Source: Babesia bigemina
Taxonomy: Eukaryota
Reading direction: 5' to 3'
Length of the DNA: 64,000 nucleotides
Assembly (NCBI RefSeq): GCF_000981445.1
Contig: NC_027220.1
Coordinates: forward strand, 186,001-250,000
Of this stretch, positions 57,893-64,000 are shown piece after piece. Numbering within the stretch: the first letter of the stretch is position 1; each line of letters opens with the position of its first letter. The translations under genes and the position numbers were made by a program. Below the pieces are notes generated by a model. The model was given only the letters and a program-made list of their open reading frames with translations, did no database searches and was not told where the DNA came from.

Positions 57893-59266
57893 TTATATGT
57901 GGAACTGGGGTGTTCCAGATCCTAAGCAATAGCTAATGGTCCTGCCAGAAGATGCGCGAACTAGACGGTCACGAAGTGTAGTACTCAATTCGGTTTGGCC
58001 GTGTGGATAGTTAACGACGATTACAGCGGTAGGGTTCGCCTTGTTGGAATGATTTCCGCTTTGGTGACCGGTACCGTTAAATTGCAGAGCCACCCTCTCC
58101 GCCTCGCGCAGTGAGCCATAAAGTTCGCGTGCTACTGTCTCATCACCTTCAACTAGTGGCATATAGTGCAAAAACTGGCCATAGTGTTCCCTAAGCACGC
58201 CTCCGACGTCAATCATAACGATGCACTGCGGGTCGATGCACGTCCCACCGGATGTCTGTTTTTTGCAAACCAGATAGGTTGGCACCGACGGCGCATAGTG
58301 TGTCAGGCTTGTGCCAGGTGAATCGCAGAGTTCGTCTGCCTTTGCATACACGGCCCTGCAGCCAACTTCCACGTTGCCAAAGACCGAAGAGGCAAACAGC
58401 TTCGCAACGTCAGCCTGAGTGACGAACCCCGGGCGCAGGATGGTGACCTTCCGAGGAAGACCGGACTTTGCGATAAGGTAATCGATCAGTGCACCGGGTA
58501 GGCTGGATGGCATGCCATCCGACATCGCACATCGTCCGACAAGTTCGTCGCGCATCTCTTGTAACTTTAGCGGCTCTTGAGCAATCACGGAGATCACAGC
58601 CTGCAGGTGCGCATAGGTTGCATTATGCTCGCGCAAGAACTCGTCCGCTCTCACGTCTCCATCAGTTGGCTCCACTTTTATAACGGTGGATTCCAACCCC
58701 AAGTTACACTTGCCTCCTTCTACAACAAGCATGGGAACATCATTGAACTCCGAAAGGACGTGCTCCGTAGAAGTAGGACTTATGTGACCAAACTTGTTCG
58801 CGGAGGGTGCGGCGAGTGGGACGCCCACGTGCCGGAGAATCATCTGCGCAACGGGGTGGTTGGGGCACCGCACCGCAGGGAACCCAGTGTTCGCGGACAC
58901 CACGGATGGAATGGAAGTCCTCCCTCGTGTGATTAGTGTCATTGGACCCGGTGCGAACCTTTCTGCCAGGGTAAGGATCATGCACGCGTCGCTGAGGTCG
59001 GCGTCGAATATGTTACACAACGCATCTTCAAATCTCGGCACATGTAGGATGACAGGGTCCGTAAGAGGCCTTCCTTTCACTTCGAAAATCCGACGTACCG
59101 ACGTTTCACATAAGCCATTGGCTGCCAACCCGTACACAGTTTCAGTTGGCATGGCTATGAGGCCACCTGGTGTCATCAGGTGACGCTTCAGCATCTCTAG
59201 CTTCGGTACAGGATCATCGTCAAGCAGCAGCTTTGTGGGCCGATCTGCGGCAACAGAATCAGCCAT
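57893..59266 (-). CDS. SUA5: Threonylcarbamoyl-AMP synthase Sua5
   Basis: PTETVYGLAAN, KGRPLTDPVILH, PGPMTL, AAPSANKFGHISPT, GLESTV, SPGTSLTHYAP. Confidence 0.93.
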   Translation of the reverse strand: MADSVAADRPTKLLLDDDPVPKLEMLKRHLMTPGGLIAMPTETVYGLAANGLCETSVRRIFEVKGRPLTDPVILHVPRFEDALCNIFDADLSDACMILTLAERFAPGPMTLITRGRTSIPSVVSANTGFPAVRCPNHPVAQMILRHVGVPLAAPSANKFGHISPTSTEHVLSEFNDVPMLVVEGGKCNLGLESTVIKVEPTDGDVRADEFLREHNATYAHLQAVISVIAQEPLKLQEMRDELVGRCAMSDGMPSSLPGALIDYLIAKSGLPRKVTILRPGFVTQADVAKLFASSVFGNVEVGCRAVYAKADELCDSPGTSLTHYAPSVPTYLVCKKQTSGGTCIDPQCIVMIDVGGVLREHYGQFLHYMPLVEGDETVARELYGSLREAERVALQFNGTGHQSGNHSNKANPTAVIVVNYPHGQTELSTTLRDRLVRASSGRTISYCLGSGTPQFHI

Positions 59267-59290
59267 GATGGTTGCTCAATAGTAGAACCT

Positions 59291-60781
59291 TCAGATGGCA
59301 ACTAGTAGTGATGGTGTGAAACCCGTAACAGGATCCGTTGGCTGTGAGAAGTACCTCAACACGTCCACGAGGTGGTCATACAAGTCTTGCGACCATATGA
59401 TTGGTGAGGCTCTTTCGGGTTTTTTGACAAGCCGCCACAACACACGCGATGCGTCTATGACCGTATCACTAGTGGCTACGAATGCGTCGGGCTGCGATGT
59501 AACTTTGATAAGCTCAATGCAACAGCTGCCGTTTGTAAGCTCTTCTTTTACGGCTGCAACAGAACAGTTCGCTGATATCTGCGCTGGAGCCTCAACTGAG
59601 CCTGCTATGAATAATTTAACTCCGTTATTGTATTGCAACGCTTCTATGGCTGCACGCTCCTCTGTGTGACGCCAGAAAATATCCTCTGGTCTATCGTCAG
59701 CAGATGCGCTGATGGAACGCTTACTGTAGCTGACGAATTGGTGATCACAGTCCGAGTATAGGCCAACCTTATATCCACACTGCGCGCATAAAGCTGCTCT
59801 TTCCTTTAATGCAACTGCTGAGGGCCGGTAAAGTGTTATCACGTCCTCTCCCTGATAAATGATATGTCCCACTCTTGCCAGCGATGGGACTCTAGATAAC
59901 AATTGCGGTTCACACTCCTCGCAGAATGTGGATCCAGTTATGCTGCTGAAAAATTCCGTTGGGAGCGGCACAATGGTTGCGTCCTCCACGCTCTCCAGTA
60001 TATGCTTGCACCTTTTGCAACGTAACACCAGCAGGCGGTACTTTTTCAGACCGACATTGCTCTCAGTTTCACGCAAGGTCGCGATGCGCAGGTCCAGATG
60101 CGGAAGGTTTGGGGTGTACACAACTATGCTCCAGGTTAGGAAACACAGCCCGTCGCGGGTGTGAACTGCAATGTCTTGTAGAGAGTGACTCGATATGTGC
60201 AGATCACGTATCGCAACAGTGAATGATTTTTCGCACGGGACCTCGGAATGGCCTGCGACTGGACACGTGAACGACTTACCCTCGAACGTTCCGCCCAGAA
60301 AGTTCGCAACCCAAGTGGGTTGCCCGCTACAGTCTTTTAACCCAGGCGGAATGCCGCAGCTCAGAATATTGCAGCCGGTACGACCTCGTGGCAGGCTGCT
60401 TACTGAGAAATCCGGCGATATTGTACGCTGATGGTCTGATGTGTTGCCCTGTGTTACATCAGGCAGGTGCGGGTTTGGGCTTTTTACAGAAGCAAATGTT
60501 TGATGACACCTAACAGACGTATTGCTGCAGCTGTATTTTGCATGCTCGAGTGACAGTTCGACTATATATGTGGTTGTTTTGAAAGGAATCTCGGCGTCCG
60601 ATTTCCTCAGGCGTACAGTCGGTACAAATTCCAGATGTTGCGATCCATCGTTGCCTTCAATCAGCAGGCGCCCATTATTCCGGTCAAACGTGACGCGTAC
60701 GTTTCCCTTATAACCGCACAGAAGAGTCTCTACGACGACGCAGCCGCGCTTTTGGTGAGGTGTAAGCTGAAAGTACGGCAT
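59291..60781 (-). CDS. UBE3D/HECT_2-like Cys-rich protein
   Basis: LRCKRCKHIL...PLPTEFF...FCEEC and CAQCGYKVG resemble HECT_2 cysteine motifs. Confidence 0.45.
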   Translation of the reverse strand: MPYFQLTPHQKRGCVVVETLLCGYKGNVRVTFDRNNGRLLIEGNDGSQHLEFVPTVRLRKSDAEIPFKTTTYIVELSLEHAKYSCSNTSVRCHQTFASVKSPNPHLPDVTQGNTSDHQRTISPDFSVSSLPRGRTGCNILSCGIPPGLKDCSGQPTWVANFLGGTFEGKSFTCPVAGHSEVPCEKSFTVAIRDLHISSHSLQDIAVHTRDGLCFLTWSIVVYTPNLPHLDLRIATLRETESNVGLKKYRLLVLRCKRCKHILESVEDATIVPLPTEFFSSITGSTFCEECEPQLLSRVPSLARVGHIIYQGEDVITLYRPSAVALKERAALCAQCGYKVGLYSDCDHQFVSYSKRSISASADDRPEDIFWRHTEERAAIEALQYNNGVKLFIAGSVEAPAQISANCSVAAVKEELTNGSCCIELIKVTSQPDAFVATSDTVIDASRVLWRLVKKPERASPIIWSQDLYDHLVDVLRYFSQPTDPVTGFTPSLLVAI

Positions 60782-61021
60782 CCACGTCGCCCCTTAGGTC
60801 CCGACGTTACACGCTCCTACCATATGTCACAACACACGATTTAATTTCTATTTCAGCAAAAAATTGAGAGTATTCTGAAGGTGTAACGTCGGACGTGGTG
60901 ACTGTGTCCCCCATCTAACGTACGGGTTTTGTTAGCGCTTGCGGCGTGTCTACCGCTTACACATCTCGTCGTACCATGAACGTAGAGTAGTATAAGGGAC
61001 ACAGAGCGCCATTTCCGTCAC

Positions 61022-62190
61022 ATGAGTGCTCCCGCGGCAGCATTTCAGTTGCCGGCCTCCGGCCATGAAGGTCAGTCTCGTTGCGACCGTTAGGTCACGA
61101 TTCTGCCACTCTTGCCACACTATTGAGCAGGTGACAACGAATTCATCAACGAGTACGAATCGGAGTGCCAATGCGAGTTTTTGGACCCGCGATTTCTGGC
61201 CATTACGGCTCTGGATTCTGAGCAGGCGGCGCTTGAGTATTTCTACCAGAGCCCCTTCTACATGAAGTACCGCGAAAGAGCGCTCAACGAGAACCTGCGT
61301 GCCGGCCATGCTGTGGACAGGTGTGTTAGATTTTCCGCGTTGCGCATGCTGATGCAAACACTGGTTGGATGAGTAGACAGCTCACGCTGCATCCCTGTTC
61401 CGCTCAACCTGGTCACGTGCAGTTGCACATCTCTAGCCAGTGCATGCGCGATGTGTATGCCGTTATACGTACAAAATTCATCACAACGCAGCCAGCAGGT
61501 GGGCCTGATGTTCCAGGTCACGTACAGTAACCTCGAGGACATCAACGAGCCGCTGAAACAGCTGCCGCCGATGGATGAGATGGCGCGCATCCAGCACTAC
61601 TCCAATGCGGCCGTGTTCCACATCACGCTCTTCCAGAGGAACCTCGGGCAGAACGGGGTGACGGCCACGCCCATGAAGGTATGGCCATTCTCGCGGTTCG
61701 CATTACCCGCCCAACAGGTGTACTACATCATCCAAGGGTCTATTTTCATGTGCCCCCCGTTCGGATCGCTCATACGCCACCGTCTTCACCAGTCGATCGA
61801 GCATTTCGAGAAGTTTTACGATACGCTCAACGACATCAGCAAGTGGTCCGCGACCAACGGCTACTCGTGGGAACCGAAGCCAAAAGCGCTGGACCCGCAG
61901 ATAAAGCAGCTCTGCGAGAAGTACGGATTCCAGGAGGAACAACGCGAAGACTACATTAAAGATGGTGAGTGCTACCTTGGTTACCGACGACAGTGGCGCC
62001 AGGCAATATGCACGTTTTCTTCCTGAAACCGCAGGAACACACCGCCCATCGTGTTGCCTACGACGAAATGCGTATACTCGCCCGGCGGCTTGAGCTCGCA
62101 CACCAGGTACCCGTGCCGGAGGAAGCGGTGTCGGACATGCCAACGGAACCAGCGCCTGCCTACGGTACCGCGGATAACGTCACCCAGTGA
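61022..62190 (+). CDS. MED6: Mediator subunit MED6, spliced
   Basis: EFLDPRFL..ALEYFYQSPFY..ALNENL; VYYIIQGSIFMCPPFGSLIRHRL. Confidence 0.85.
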
Positions 62191-62276
62191 ACCCGCATCG
62201 CACACTAACTTGGAAATGCTGCTATAAATGTACAGTATCGTATTATGTTGTTCAGTGGCCACTCTTTTGGGCATTA

Positions 62277-62753
62277 TCAGGCGTCCTTTCGCCTCGGTAG
62301 TTCTGTTATTCTGGGCCCCCTGTCATTCACAGATAGCACGTTCTCGAAGTCGGAAATGCGTTTGCGCAACACCGCTAGGGTACGCGCGATGTCGGTTTCG
62401 TCCTTAACGCGTTTTCGCAATTTCGGTTCGGGGGAGTGCAGCAGCTCGTTTATCACCAGGTCGGAGGCTATGGTGTATAGGCTGCGACAGCTGTGCAGCT
62501 GCGCGAGATTACGCGGCTCACTCACGCACACCTACCAGGCTATCGTTATGAAGCTTCAACTGAAAGTTGTCGATCTCCGTGCGCAGAAGACAGTCCTGCG
62601 TCGCCTCGAGCTGTGCAGTGTATGAGCGCGCCTACGGCGAACACCAACCTGTGCACACTCAATAATCGAGTAGAAGGCGGCGACAACGCGTTTGGTGTGT
62701 AGGTTGATGGAACTGTGTATGCCCGCCCGCTCCTCCTCGGGGCTGAAATCCAT
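62277..62753 (-). CDS. MED22: Mediator subunit MED22-like, two short introns
   Basis: Spliced reading ..RVVAAFYSIIECAQ|LEATQDCLLRTEIDNFQLKLHNDSL|LHSCRSLYTIASDLVINELL.. parallels the MED22 F..II..A...DN.....L....SDL pattern. Confidence 0.65.
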
Positions 62754-62987
62754 CGCAGACTACGACAGAAGGCAGGGATGAATACCCTACCGTAAAGGCG
62801 CTTCAACACGACATAACGATCGTACTAAACAGCGTCTGCTCCCGCGCGACTGTTGTGCAAAGCGGCCGCCTACGCGGGCGCACGACAACGTCTACGAGCG
62901 CAATATACCACACGGGCCAACTAGGGCCTACAATACGCCACACCACGAATACATTAGCGAATATGTCACGTTATCATAGGGGCAGTT

Positions 62988-64000
<1,013 letters not shown>

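Overview
Eukaryotic DNA from a piroplasm, most likely Babesia. The evidence is the dense gene packing, the many 30-45 nt GT-AG introns, and the ves-like and 6-Cys genes. Three blocks of housekeeping genes make up most of the window. Block 1: DUF726, BDP1-like, NASP-like, cactin, ADAT3, HAD, RING-FHA, MetAP1. Block 2: Rav1/DMXL, NEMF, AATF/Bfr2, Alba, HMGB, ORC1, SRP14. Block 3: SUA5, UBE3D-like, MED6, MED22, DDX3/Ded1. Two more AT-rich accessory islands (~19.3-28.6 kb and ~46.9-57.8 kb) interrupt these blocks. Each island carries the same intronless module: a ~960-aa secreted 6-Cys-like gene, a 1.7 kb spacer, then a short ves-like gene. Hand translation shows the island spacers hold decayed fragments of a restriction-like-endonuclease (RLE) non-LTR retrotransposon (RT, thumb, CCHC knuckle, endonuclease). 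Two endonuclease/3'-end copies flank module 1 in inverted orientation. Other notable signals: a 352-bp near-identical tract at the 3' ends of the otherwise diverged 6-Cys paralogs; a C-terminal motif (A.GS.N.YYPGVPTV + 9 aa) shared by a ves-like protein and a small secreted protein; a C/D-box snoRNA candidate in the NEMF intron; hairpins in the long introns; and several small spliced genes missed by the ORF track. All family calls rest on motif recognition from memory; no database search was run.
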